Below are positions 1 to 13,072 of a DNA stretch of 64,000 bases, one piece after another; the stretch's first letter is position 1, and each line of letters opens with the position of its first letter. The notes under the pieces are model-generated. The model made no database searches, was not told where the DNA came from, and saw only the letters and a list, made by a program, of their open reading frames with translations. Source of the stretch: Octopus vulgaris (taxonomy: Eukaryota). The stretch is taken from contig OX597828.1 in the NCBI GenBank assembly GCA_951406725.2, positions 72,726,001 through 72,790,000 on the forward strand, given 5' to 3'. Position numbers and translations under genes: made by a program.

Positions 1-230
1 AACACCATAACCACCACCACCACCACCACCACCAACCAACAACAACAACAACAACAACAACAATAACAACAACAACGCCATCATCATCATCATCATCATC
101 ACCATCATCAACAGCAACTACAACAACGAAGCGACATCAAGGATAACAGCGACAACAACAATGATAAAAACAGTCACAAACCAACTAAGCAACAGTAACA
201 ACAACAACAGCAGCAGCAACAACAAGAAGC
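1..230. repeat. Compound trinucleotide microsatellite (ACC)n/(AAC)n/(ATC)n/(AGC)n
   Basis: Visible directly in the sequence. Confidence 0.95.
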
Positions 231-904
231 ATTAATTGCCTCAAAATTTGATGTTAATGGAAAAGCTAAAAGTACAGCTTATAAGAAACATGATTGCAAA
301 GTTGGCTTCATTTCCGTCTTCGTTTCGAACCAAATGTCATGGAAATGTTTCCTCTATTGGCTGGAAAGAACTAATGGCATAGGCGTGGCCATCTTGTTCT
401 ACATTTCGCTTCGTAGCAACAGCATTTCAGTTTCAATCCCCAAAGCCAGAGGCAGGTCAATGAATTATAATCAGAATCTTGTGAGCGAAATATAGAGAGG
501 AACTGTGTCGGGTCCGAAGAATTGTTACTGCATTGGAATTGTTTGGGCGTTGGACCTTCAAAGAGAAACGGTAGACATAATCCTTAAACCCGCATGGAGA
601 AGGGTTAACATAAAATATAGCAAGTTTAGCCAAATAAAATATCCTGTTATGTTATATAATATAATTGTTGGATTATTTTATGTTATATTAAAATAATACT
701 TTTTAACTTTGGTATAAGACCAGAAATGTTCAAGTTGTGAAGCAAGACGATTACAGCGGCCATAGTACTTGAATAATACTTTATTTCATCGACCCCTAAG
801 GGACGAAATGCACGTCTGACCATAACGGTACTGAACATAAAGAGTTGTAAGAAATACCCTTTAAGCATTTTGTTCGACGCGATACTTATTCTACTAGCTG
901 GTCA

Positions 905-1620
905 CTTAGACATGCTGGGTACCTTTAAGGGAGGCCGCTGTGTTACATGCATCGGAAACGATGTCTCCGGTTTGTGGACAACGTCTTCCCTTCCACCATT
1001 ATTCGAAGTCGCATGGGTGCTGCTCTTTCTGCTGTGGTTTCGCAAGAATTTAAGAATAAACACAAGATATTGTTGAAATTTTCACTGACATGGATGTTGT
1101 AATATTGAGACTGGTACCACAAGACCTTGTTTCCCAACACTTCCAATTTACATCATCATAAACTTAGAGAAGACGAGTGACTGATATTGTTAAACTGTGT
1201 AGTTCTAAGTGGTTAAACACATCTATGACCAAAGCCCTTCCAGTTATGATTATCCATTTCCTATCAACAAAGAGTCTTTCTCACCATATCCAACGTCTAT
1301 TTCAAGATAGTTTGAGGAAAGTTTTGTGGCTATTTTTAGAATATCGAGCGATCGGGAGAAGGGATTCTCTTTGGCTGGTGAGGGTTAGCATTCATAAATT
1401 CAGTTCAAACATTTTACCAAAAGGGTATAAAGTTTTGGTCAGCACTTTTCTGCGAAGGGTTCTTCACGAAAAGTTGGATTATTTTCGTCTCGAGCTTCAC
1501 AAATGCATCGTTTTCTTTGGAAAAATTCTGTGTTTTAGTTTCCTAGTTTCCAACCGTTTCTCTCTTTTGTTCTCTAATGATGCCAGAGACCACGCAAATC
1601 ACACTTCGACATAAACCTCA
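905..1620 (-). mobile_element. Highly decayed Dong/R4-clade non-LTR retrotransposon fragment (pre-RT region joined to the C-terminal endonuclease remnant)
   Basis: Manual minus-strand translation of 1177-1614 gives NFSKENDAF...PSQKSADQNFIPFW*NV*...TLDMVRKTL...HNWKG, resembling the R4/Dong pre-RT motifs (P..E...FW.NIW; V.K.L...NWKAPG). Region 905-1146 gives EVLGNKVLW and AASLKGTQHV, resembling VLEN.K.LWD and KAALLGTAHI. Many stops. Motifs are from recall. Confidence 0.55.
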
Positions 1621-2439
1621 CCCAGTTATCGTGTCCTCTCACTTGCCAAAGAATCCCACTAGAACAATGGCTGTTCCGATCGCCATTCTCCTATTAACAT
1701 CGGAAAGAGCTTTTTTCTATGTTTTCATTTAACACAGATTCTCTTTGAAAATAACTTGTTTGAGAAAACCTTCAAACGTATCAACTAAAGAATTTTAATA
1801 AAAACTTTTACAATTTAACGCTGCAATAACTTGCTTACTTCTCAACAGTCATCCATTGAAGCAAAGAGTTTCCGGGTTTTAATCTTTAGAATAACTTAAA
1901 ATCACTTTAAATACACTTTGAATAATTATCATACGGCCCCTACCTAAACCGAAACTCAGCTCATTCTAGGTTTGTTTCCTAATGTAATTCTTGTAAATCA
2001 AAATAGTTACACAAAAGAAAACGAGCAGAAGCTTTGATCATATTGCGGTACAGCAATTCGTCTGCGTTTATAAATGGCTTCACTGAAGAAAACCAGATTA
2101 GGCCCTCGCTGCACCTCAATATTACATGTACAAAATGCACGTATTTAACGGTGGAATATCATAATGAATATTTATAATGAATGTGAGCACAATAGCAGAA
2201 AGATAGTTTTCGACGATGATACATTGCTATTAAAACCAGCTTTGCCAGCAGAAAACAGAATTTTCAAAGATAACCAAATGGAGAATCACAGGTGGTTTTA
2301 AGCTTCAGAGCCCAATATGTGGCTGACAAAGTGCGCAGCAGAGTGGCCGGCAAAGTGCGCAGAGGCTTGAGAGTGTCACGAAGAACAAATCTGTGGGTCT
2401 CCTCTAATCACTCAACCCGACTATCTGTGGGTCATGAAA

Positions 2440-2480
2440 TTGTTCGATGACAAATGACCTGGGGCTTAAGAACCAAACAA

Positions 2481-2542
<62 letters not shown>

Positions 2543-2580
2543 GCACAAGCAACAATAACAGCAACGAAAACAACAGCAAA
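2440..2580 (+). repeat. Family E 3' tail (GACCTGGGGCT) running into an (AAC)n microsatellite
   Basis: Same tail motif as the other family E copies, followed by an (AAC)n run at 2481-2541. Confidence 0.6.
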
Positions 2581-2834
2581 GAATTTCTTGAACATGTGTG
2601 ATTTAGGGCATTGAAGGATAATACCTCGTTACTGAACATATTATTGTATATGTGCATGTAGATGCGCATGTATGCACATACATACACACTCGCACACATA
2701 CACAATGTGTGCTTGCGTTCGTGTGTATTTGTGTGTCGATAGCTGTTTGTGAGTCTGTTTGGATACACATGCAAAATAAGCAGGATTAGTCTTGTAAGAA
2801 TCTCAGGCCTTGTGACTTTAGTAGAAAGGATACT

Positions 2835-3260
<426 letters not shown>

Positions 3261-4854
3261 ATAGATTGCTGTTTGTTCTCTCTATCTTCGTGCTGCTGCT
3301 GCTTTCTAAAAGTGGGTTTCTAGTTGTTTGGAGGAATTGAGAATGTCAAACAAATAAAACCCATAACAAGCAACCTCTGATTGGGAGGCCACCGTGGGAT
3401 TTCATTCGACACAACTGGGCACTTTTACTCTTTGATCTTCGTCTTTATTGATTTAAATTTCGATATAATTACGATATTGTTGTAGGAGCCATCTTTTATT
3501 CGGTGGTCTTGTTCTAGAGGAAATTAGCGATATAAAATGCCAATTAATGTCAATTTCTAAAGCTTCGTGAATTATTTTATACCCGATATCGTATAATTAA
3601 GCTTATAAATAGCATATAACATAATATAAAAATATTGTATTATTGTGTATAATATAATACACGTTTCGGGATTCGTGGAATATATAAGAAACAAAAAATC
3701 GTTGATTGATTATTTTCTGGCAGTGTTCACTCCAAAGAATCCTATTAAAATATGATATTCGAATATCAAATTAGAATATGGTATTTCCAATACCAAACTG
3801 GAATATAACATTTTAGTTATAGTTCAGAATACTGAACTGCGATACCAGTTTTAAGACGAAAGACTATTGGAGATTCTAGCAACAGCAGCAACGGAATTAC
3901 ACGTAACTCGATTCAGACATTTTATCGGGAAAGTATTTATGATCTAAGTTGATATTAGTTACTTAAGTAAAGTTAATTGTATTAACCAAATGGGTTAATG
4001 CAATTAATTTAACTAATAGTAAGATTTTAAACAATTTACTTGAGTAAAAGAACGCCATAGAATAATATATATCTCTTGGTATCGAGTCTGACTTAAACAT
4101 TGAATTCTCAGTTGAATTAACTTTTTAACCATTTATCTTTCTTTTCAGTAATTGTACACCACTTCATAAAATTCTTGAGACAGAAGCGGGGAGTGAGTGA
4201 GTGAGCGAGAGAGAGGGAGAGAGAGAGCGAGGGGGGAGAGAGTGATTTTGCCAATCTAAGTTGCCCTCCGCATCCTACTCAGAGATGAATAATTTTTTTT
4301 CTGGTGTGGATATTCATTATTTTGGGATATAAGGGATCTCTATCTCATCTCGTTTAGTTTATTTCTTTCTAGCGTGGCGTTTCATTTCTGCCAGATCGAT
4401 ATGGATCGATATTTAAGTATCAGAAATATATTGAGATCGAGATAATCGATTAGGATATCATCGCCTTTGTACCTACGACGAAAAAAAAAATCGATATTTA
4501 TGTGTTTTGGCAATCACAATCAGGGAAAGTTGATTATGAATGGCACATCGAATTACTCATTGTTTACATCAACAGAAAAGTTCTCAGTTCATTCGCAGCT
4601 GAGAACAATTGCAAAGATAATCCCACGCAACGTTCTGCTCGTTTTTGAGATGATTGGCTTCACAGCTTGTACAACGTCTATGGAAAACATTTGTGGATAT
4701 ATTTAAAGCAATTCAAACTCCAACTACAGCACAACGGCCAAATATGGAATAAATATCACAGAAAAAAGAGATGTGTTAGTGATTTCCTCCGATATTTCAA
4801 TGTCCCGTTGGTTTGTTCTGTCTTAATGAGAAAGGAATGTTTTGATGGAGTCAA

Positions 4855-5366
4855 GAACATTCATTATAAATAGATATACGTTATAAATAGGCATCCGTTG
4901 TTAAAACATATTCGTTATAAGGGGACATACGTTATAAGGAGACATTCGTTATAAGAAGACATTCGCTATAAACATAAATTCATTAAGAATAGTCATTCGT
5001 TTGTAGACATTCGTTATAAGCAAACATTCATTATAAGAAGATATTCATTATAAACATACATTGATTAAAAGAAAATCTAATTGAAGTAGTCGTTTGTTAT
5101 AAGGAGACGAATATTGTAAGGAAACTTACTTTTTATAACGTTATAAGTAAATATTTCTTACGAACAGAAATTTATTATAAACAGGCGTTCATTATAAAGA
5201 CAGATTCGTTCTAAGGAGATATATTTTATGAGCAAATATTCGTTATTGGCACTCATTCATTATAGATAAGCAGTCGTGATAACCAGACATTTGATATATG
5301 CTGATATTCGTTATAAACAAAAATTCGTTATAAGTAGACATTCGTTATAAGCAGACATTCCTTATG
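4855..5366 (+). repeat. Degenerate 17-bp minisatellite, about 30 units, consensus close to GACATTCGTTATAAGCA
   Basis: Recurring ATTCGTTATAA core at 17-bp spacing, e.g. gagacattcgttataag/aagacattcgctataaa and tagacattcgttataag/caaacattcattataag. Confidence 0.9.
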
Positions 5367-6160
5367 TTACTAGTGTAATTAGAGTAAACTAAATCGTGAT
5401 TAGTTGATTATTTATATGGATAATAAAAAGGTTTTAGAAATACAAATCTTATCCAACTTTTCTGAGTTAAATTTTGAATTTAAGTTTAGTAGACTTTTAC
5501 GAAGAAAACTTAATTTGAAATACTTATTCGACACAGCATCGAGTTAGTTTCTTTTTTATGGAGTTATCATGCGATCAAATGATTCCAGCTAGTCTTGTCG
5601 ATATTATAGCAAACTTCTACTACTGTTTTACAAAATGCTACCGACATTACATTCTGTCTGCACCCAGAACACTTAATTCTCATGTAACTTATAAACTAGT
5701 CTCTCCAAATGTAGATAGGTACTACTCGGAACCATAACTTACGGTTATTCCATAAAAATCAATAAATAATTTGGTAGTTTACAGTGTATTTTGTGTAAGT
5801 TAATTTGGTGCATTTTAAACCAATTTAGTTTTCCTATGGTCGGAACTGTTTCTAGCAGATTGACATGCCTCAAATGGCCTACTTCTCAACGAAGCTTTTG
5901 CGATGCCAATGCAAAACATTTTGGAGACACTTAAATGACTTTCAGTCAACAGAGTCTTGGAAAATGGATTTCAGAAATAAAATCGTTAAATTTCCTTTCA
6001 TTGACACAAACTGTTTATGACAAATACGTCACATTCTATATTTTCATAAACTTATATCAATACGCAAATGGGAACGAATACTCTTTCAGGCCGATTAGTT
6101 GCTCTCATCGCATAAAAATGTGTATACACTATACTATCTTATGGAGAAAGGGTCACTTTA

Positions 6161-6375
6161 AGGCGGCGAATCGGCAGAAATGTTTGCACGCCGGGCGAAA
6201 TGCTCAGCAGTGCTTCGTCTGTCTTTACGTTCTAAGTTCAAATTCCGCCAAGGTCGACTTTGCCTTTAATACTTTCACTGTAGATAAAATAAGTACCAGT
6301 TGAGCACTGGAGGGCAATGAAATCGACGTACCCCACCCGCGAAATTGCTGGCCTTGTGCTAAGATTTGAAACCAA
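6161..6375 (+). mobile_element. SINE family A (tRNA-like head, core GTCGACTTTGCCTTTCATCCTTTCGGGGTCGATAAA, tail ...GGCCTTGTGC..AAATTTGAAACC)
   Basis: Aligns by eye with about 20 other copies in the window. Has A-box-like (GGCAGAA..GTT) and B-box-like (GTTCAAATTCC) motifs. Confidence 0.85.
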
Positions 6376-6517
6376 CATCATGGGACACTTCAATAGCTAG
6401 AAACAAAAGCTATTCACAGTTAGATCTCGAAATATCTGAGATTAGTTGCCGCTATTAAGATTATAATATTCTGTATTAGTAACAACATCTTTAGAACGTG
6501 TCTTTAATAATATCTGT

Positions 6518-6899
6518 AACTAGAAAAGCACTCGGAGAGCTCAGACCTTCGCCAAGCAACTCATTTTAAGATAGATACACGAGTAAAATTACTAATAGAG
6601 AAACGAAAATAAACTTTGGAAGCAGCAACGCCACCATAGGTTACGTGGAAACGATGAACGTGTTTTCAAGGGAGATAATCAAAGAACATAACGTAATACT
6701 TCATGTAAAGTAAATATAACAAATGAAAAATCCTTCAAGAATCAATAAAATTCCCGGATCACTTCCAAAATTTCATCATCTGTTCCTTGTCTCATTACCA
6801 ACTTTTCATCAAATACCGTTCACAACATTTTGAGTCATTTTGCACACACGGACAGACCAACGCCGATGAAAACATAACCTCCTTCCTTGGCGGAGGTAA
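6518..6899 (+). mobile_element. Non-autonomous Helentron-type (HINE-like) element
   Basis: Starts AACTAGAAAAGCACTCGGAGAG. 5' subterminal IR ACCTTCGCCAAG (6545-6556) pairs with 3' CTTGGCGGAGGT (6886-6897, 11/12). 3' hairpin ACCTCC...GGAGGT. Internal CCAAAATTTCAT and GACAGAC motifs are typical of HINE/DINE-like elements. Confidence 0.7.
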
Positions 6900-6904
6900 C
6901 TACT

Positions 6905-7120
6905 GGCGGCGAGATAGCAGAATCGTTAGCACTCCGGGTGAAATGCTTAGCGGTATTTCGTTTGCCTTTACGTTCTGAGTCCAAATTCCGCCGAGATCGA
7001 CTTTGCCTTTCATCCTTTCGAGGTCGATAAATTAAGTACCAGTTACGCACTGGGGTCTATCTAATCGACTGTCCGCCCCCCACCAAATTTCGAGTCTTGT
7101 GCCTAGAGTAGAAAAGAATA
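6905..7120 (+). mobile_element. SINE family A, full length (tail ...GCCTAGAGTAGAAAAGAAT)
   Basis: Head, core and tail all present. Abuts the 3' end of the HINE-like element. Confidence 0.9.
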
Positions 7121-7204
7121 TTTATAACTACTTTACTTTTCCATCGGTTTGGTTGATTCTCCGATCGTCATCAGAGATATTAGAAATGAATGAATGTAAT
7201 TTCA

Positions 7205-7385
7205 GAGCTGGTAGATTCGTTAGCGTGTCGGATAAAATGACGAGCGGGATTTCTTCCGGTTCTTTATGCCTAAAAACCTATATTTCGCCGGCGTCAAATT
7301 TACCTTTGATTCCCTTCAAGGTACATAAAAATAAACTGTCAAGTATTGGGGTCGATGGAATCGGCAACTCAGAGATTACTGGCCT
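7205..7385 (+). mobile_element. SINE family A, old degenerate copy
   Basis: Recognisable gagctggtagattcgttagc head and remnants of the core. Confidence 0.65.
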
Positions 7386-9271
7386 TCAATCCTGCAACTG
7401 AGCGTTTAAATGAAACTTTGTGATCTTGGTCAAGTATAGAAGATGAAAAGAAGGCAAACAGCCTTATGAGTCCTAGGGCTAAAAAATATAAAATGATAAT
7501 TGCAAAGTGAAGAGAAACGTCATTACGTATAATTTAAAAATATATAGGTTTATACGAGTTTGATATCTAGTCTGAGATTAGGAACTCACCGAAACAGAAT
7601 CAGCCAACGAGTGACTGTTGGAGATGAAACTGGTGTTCACGTACTGTAGATATAAATATTGTAAATATTCTCTTTAATGATGAGGTAAATGGAATGAAAA
7701 ATGAAACGGTAACCTTGATATGTAAAAAAACAACTCTTTTAATACCGTAGTTGACTAACTTCCAGTACTTCAAAAATAGTATTAACTATAATAAACCTAG
7801 GCATTTTCATCCCTATAAATCTTTGAAGATTTTATCACATCACTGAGTCGCTGCTTCCTTTAGAAAATTACTTAAAACGGTTCATCAATAATCTAAAACC
7901 TCTTTTTTCGTATCTAATTGAATCTTGAAGCCGATTAAATATTGAGATGCTTGATAAATAGAGCTTAACTGTAATGAGGGGCGGAGGAAGAGTAGAAAGT
8001 GTGAGGGGAGGGGTCACTGCCACTCAAATATAGAACTGAAAAAGAAACAAACAAAAAGAATAAAAAACCCACAAATGTCAAACACATTTGAGCGACATGA
8101 CGCTTCCCCGCCCGCCCCCCACGCCAGAAATGACTCTTTACAGCCTTTCATTCGGCACATCCTATTATCCATTGAAGTCAAATGATGTTATCGGAAACTT
8201 TCGATCAACAGTTGTTTGCATCACCAATATTCAGCTCAATAAAGTATTGATAAAATTCATTCGAATAATATTTGTTTTATCGATTTTCTTAACCCAAAAG
8301 TCAAAGATTATTTTTTTAGCTTAACGTATAAAGCAAAGCCTGTATTTTTTTTTTTTTGTTTTGTTTTAGTGTCTTCATTTACTGGTAAATGTTCGCCAAT
8401 TTTCAATAGAAATATGATGACTGTACTATTCCTTTACTGAACATACCTTCCATATTTATCTATGGCCTTTTAGCAATTTCGTATGTCTATGGAGGACTCG
8501 TATTGTAAAATATTATATGCTAATAATTTTCATTATATTTTTGGTCATGCGGTGTTTTTGTGGTGCTAAATTAAGATCTCAGTAAATAGAGTTTCGATTT
8601 CCAGTTGGAAAGGTTCCTCTGTAATTATGTTGCTAATGAACTTGGCTTAGACCATCATAACTAACCAATCCCCATTCTTTCAACAGTCAATTTGGGGCCA
8701 ATGGACTTAATAGAGTAAAAGCAAAATAAATAAAATAAATTATGAAATTGTGGGAGAGCCATTAGGACGTCAGATGAAATGCTTTGTGCTCTTTCTTCCA
8801 TATTTCAGCGGTACGAGTCGAAATTTCACCGACGTCAATTTTGAGGTTGATGCTTTCGATATTGATAAATAAATTACTGATTCAGAGCAGCGTGGATGAG
8901 TGAATACTTGATGGTCAGACAAGATATGCAGCAGCATGTGTTTCATCTTTGTTCTTTTGCGTTCTGAGTTCGAAATTTGCTTAGGAACTCAAGTCTTACT
9001 CTTTGGTAAGTCATTCATTCATTATACACGGAGACGATGTAGAAAGTAACGATAGACTGTGACACAGGTATCTCTCTACACCAGGTAGACCTCTTCCACT
9101 CTCTCAAATAAAGAAAAGGTGTAATTAAAGCAGAGATTTTGAAGACCTAGCATGACGATAGGAATCGAACTCACGTCATATTCTCAATATCAATAAACCT
9201 CAATAACGAATAGCCACAGGTTATAAGAAATGTTGAAACAATCCTCTGCAACGAGGAAATCTACCGACGGT

Positions 9272-9658
9272 GGATGGAAGCACTCCGTCGGTTACGACGA
9301 TGAGGGTTCCGGTTGATTCGAATCAACGGAACAGCCTGCTCGTGAAATTAACGTGTAAGTGGCTGAGCACTCCACAGACACGTGTACCCTTAACGTAGTT
9401 CTCGGGGATATTCAGCGTGACACAGAGAGTGACAAGGCCGGCCCTTTGAAATACAGGTACAACAGAAACAGGAAGTAAGAGTGAGAGAAAGTTGTGGTGA
9501 AAGAGTACAGCAGGGATCACCACTTTCCCCTGCCGGAGCCTCGTGGAGCTTTAGGTGTTTTCGCTCAATAAACACTCACAACGCCCGGTCTGGGAATCGA
9601 AACCGCGATCCTATGACCGCGAGTCTGCTGCCCTAACCACTGGGCCATTGCGCCTCCT
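9272..9658 (-). mobile_element. SINE family C (tRNA-derived head), full length, with 10-bp TSD
   Basis: Minus-strand head GGAGGCGCAATGGCCCAGTGGTTAGGGCAGCAGACTCGCGGTC...GGTTTCGATTCCC contains A and B boxes. TACCGACGGT is duplicated at 9262-9271 and 9659-9668. Matches the copy at 34928-35308. Confidence 0.92.
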
Positions 9659-10033
9659 TACCGACGGTATTAACTTACGGAATGGAAAGAAGAACATTTT
9701 TACTTCAGGACTAAAATTAAGTCAAAACGATGATGACAAATCTCATTCGTCCGAATCCTGTTCAGAGCTACATCTCAAACTGGCTAAAATCACCTGAAAA
9801 TAATATTAATCCTTGAGATAATGTCTTCCTGTTCTCACCGTGTAACCAATTAGAGTTTTTTTTTCCCCTCTCACCATTTCGTAAAATAGCCCCAGCTTGA
9901 CTGTTATTCATCGTAAAAATTGGACCGACGGCCGGTTATCTCCTTTTTGGCTGTTTCATATTGCAAGACACGGTAAAATTACAGATTAACACCCGCACGA
10001 TTTTCACTAAGAAAAAAAAAACTCGGATTTTTT

Positions 10034-10701
10034 GCGTGGAATCAAGTACCCTGACCTCCTAATATGTTGGAAATCCCATATTTTGGTTCGGAATTGGTCC
10101 GGAGGGGGGGGGGGGGTTACCCCCCCCCCCGGAATTTTCACACAAATCTGTAATTTTACCCAAGACACACTGGAACCTATTTTTACATTTGATTCTTTGA
10201 TAAGTAACACCATAAGTATTTATTAATATACACTGTGATTAATTCTATGGAATATTTACTCCGCTGCTGTTTTACGTTTAACCATATTATTATTACAGTT
10301 ATTATTGGTAGTATTTAAATGTGTAGAGGTTGAAATGTACTTACCATGAAGATAAGAAGTAAGTCAATATTGTAAACTATAGACTCATAATGAAAGAAGA
10401 CAGAATGCAGAATACTGGTATTGTGTATTGCCACTGAAATGTACGCGGAAACGTTACATTTTACCAACATTATAGGGTCCTTTTTGGTCACTGTCAAAAA
10501 AGGAAATTTTAAAGTTAAGTGAAAAGTTTCAAATTTGGTGCATTGATATAAAATTTTATGCTTAATTCGAATTTGGGATTCATTTATTCTCAGATAAATT
10601 TATCAAAAATATTAAAATGATGCCAAGTTTGATAGCTCTTAGTTCATAAAACAAAAATAAAATAAATAAATAAAGAAAAATACAGGAATCGGATGCCACT
10701 C
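10034..10701. mobile_element. Possible non-autonomous DNA element with degenerate terminal IRs
   Basis: GCGTGGAATC at the left end versus GATGCCACTC at the right end (8/10 inverted). Internal G-run/C-run hairpin and a GCCAAGTTTGATAGCTCT motif. Family not identified. Confidence 0.3.
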
Positions 10702-10959
10702 ATTTTCTATGTGGTAGTTGTTTGTCACAAAATGACCGACAGAAATAACACAGACACAATACGATACCACTCGTCAAAATTGGTGGTGGTGGTGGTGGTT
10801 GCGGTGGTGAAGGTGTTGCAGTCACGAAATTACGGCGTCCTTGTTACAGTGAAAATAGAGCAGACTACAACTTTGGTTCTTATGATATGAAAACAAGGAC
10901 CAATGGGAAATTTATGGTCGTGTGTATAAAGGTGGCTTTTAATTAGATAAAATTACCAA

Positions 10960-11090
10960 AATTTTACAAACTTTGAAGCTATTGACTACTCAACTGGTAT
11001 TTATTTTATTAAATCCGAAAGGATGTTGACCTCGGTGGAATTTGAACTCGTAACGTAAAACCGGACAAAATGGTGTTAAGCATTTTGAAA
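10960..11090 (-). mobile_element. SINE family A, partial
   Basis: aactggtatttattttatt...gaaaggatg...gacctcggtggaatttgaactc. Confidence 0.7.
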
Positions 11091-12097
11091 ATACGAAAAC
11101 CATAGCTAACCGCTGCACATATCTAAAGCAGGCAGATCTGTGCTCGGTAGTGCCGTGAAAGAACGCAAGAAAAATAAGACAACTAAATAATTATAATAAT
11201 GATAATAAATAAATAAATAAATAAATAGTATAAATTCATCATAGAAAGAAATTCTTCAGCTGTTCTTGATACTTGACTGCTTCAATAATGAAATTATTTT
11301 ATGAATTTCGTAACGGAGATTTTAGCTACTAGTCTGAGATACCTACTTAATGTGAAGGCAATTTGATTAAACGTAAATTAAATCTTTATAGATTTTTAAC
11401 AATGTTTTGTGTTTCTTAACAACGTGGAAACCTATACAAAACATGGCCGCTGTGTACAGCTTTACGGCATCTCGTATTGGTTTATAGCGTGTAAGCTTTG
11501 GTGTCAGGTTTATGTCACAACGTTTACACGAGCCGTATAGTTTGCCAAGAAAAGTGGTGGATTTAGTTACTGCAACTGTTTGAAACTAAATCTAAGATGA
11601 AAAAAGCGTATAAAGCAGTAAATAAAATAAGCTAGTTCTTTTAAAAGATTAAAACCCAATTCTTTGTTTGCAGAATATTATTATTGCTTGCCGAAAAATA
11701 AGACAAAAGAAAGAAACGCAAAAGAAATTCTAATAGAGTATTGTGTTATGTCAAATCACTGTAGAAGACACACATACAAAAGCCGATAATTGAATAGCTA
11801 TTTCATTAGTCTAATAGAAGTTATCGAATTTCTAGAAGAGACAAAAATGAAGGAAAAATTCCATCATCCGAACGACCATTGGTGATTTTCATTTCCAAGA
11901 ACTAAAAAGTAAAGAAAAAAAAAAGAGTTATGCAAACTGTAAACAGATTTAAATAGCCAACCATCTGACATATTTAGTTGCAGCCATATTGGAAAAGATT
12001 TTCACTTCATATTTTTTAGTTTTTACCGTAATATCCGAAAGAAGTTAGAGAGGATTCACCGAAATTCTATGAAACCTGAAACATTTCCCAATTATAT

Positions 12098-12295
12098 CGT
12101 TGTTTAGCCCTAGGTAATTCTGGTCAAAAACTATTATAATCAAATGCACTCCAGCCGTGGCAATCTTGTAATTCTTCAGATTCGGATAATTGATATAAAG
12201 CTATGTTATCCAATGCGTCTTTTTTTTAATGCTAATGTACGATTTTATGGATATTTGACTGCTATTTCTAATAGATCGCTAAACATTTAGAGGCC
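12098..12295 (-). mobile_element. Old interspersed repeat family E (ends ...CCTAGGGCTAAACAAC on its own strand)
   Basis: Similar segments at about 17541-17775(-), 25125-25285(+), 30728-31055(+), 56030-56220(+), 60345-60552(+) and 61230-61365(+). Confidence 0.65.
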
Positions 12296-12449
12296 CAAAA
12301 GAAAGATTTCTATCTGACGAATGTACTCGTCCTATATCAATATTTCGATACAAAATCAATAAATAAATCTATAAAATTATAAAATTTAGCTAATTCTTGT
12401 TAGTGGTTTCAGTCAGTGAGCATTCGCCAAAGAATCTTCTCGAAAGGTT

Positions 12450-12725
12450 TCTACTCCTACTTCTCTTTCTCCTTCTTCTCCCCCTTCTCCTCTTCCACCC
12501 CTTCTTCTTCTTCTTCTTCTTCTTCTTCTTCTTCTTCTCCATCTTCTCCTCCTCCTCCCTCGGCTACTCCTGCTTAAACCATCAACTCTCTGTACCAAAA
12601 CTACCTCTTCAAATTTACTACTACCTACCTACCTACCTACCTACCCATCAACCAACTAACCAGCCAGGCATTCACAAAGGAAGAGAGAGAGAAAGAGAGA
12701 GAGAGAGAGGGAGAGAGAGAGAGAA
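12450..12725. repeat. (CTT)n, (CTAC)n and (GA)n microsatellites
   Basis: Visible directly in the sequence. Confidence 0.9.
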
Positions 12726-12952
12726 ACTGTCTGAAAACTATAGAAATGTTTACCTCTTCAAACATTATGAAAATATCTACAAAACATTTCACTCAAATTT
12801 TTTCTCCAATTTAATTGTTTTTCTTATTTTACTCTTAGTGAAAAGCCTAAAAAGACGGAAACCGGTACTAAAATATGCTTCATGACAAAATTATTTTATC
12901 ATTTTCTATCTTGTCTTATTTTCCTTAAACACATCAACTAGTGTGCTACTTT

Positions 12953-13025
<73 letters not shown>

Positions 13026-13072
13026 TTATCTGTCTATCTATCTATCTCTCTCTTTCTATATATATATATATA
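12953..13072. repeat. (TATC)n plus (TA)n microsatellite
   Basis: Visible directly. Adjoins a minus-strand SINE B head remnant at about 13075-13225. Confidence 0.92.

Noticed and set aside
1177-1614. 145-aa plus-strand ORF
   Set aside because: It is the in-register antisense shadow of a decayed LINE coding region, with no recognisable protein features.
4385-4500. Cluster of ATCGAT (DRE-like) motifs after a GA tract
   Set aside because: No full TATCGATA match and no associated promoter or exon evidence.
4855-5366. CRISPR-like regular repeat
   Set aside because: Units are contiguous 17-mers without unique spacers, there are no cas genes, and the context is eukaryotic.
9590-9658. tRNA-like sequences here and at 34928, 46029 and 46338
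   Set aside because: They are SINE heads continuing into repeat bodies, not standalone tRNA genes.
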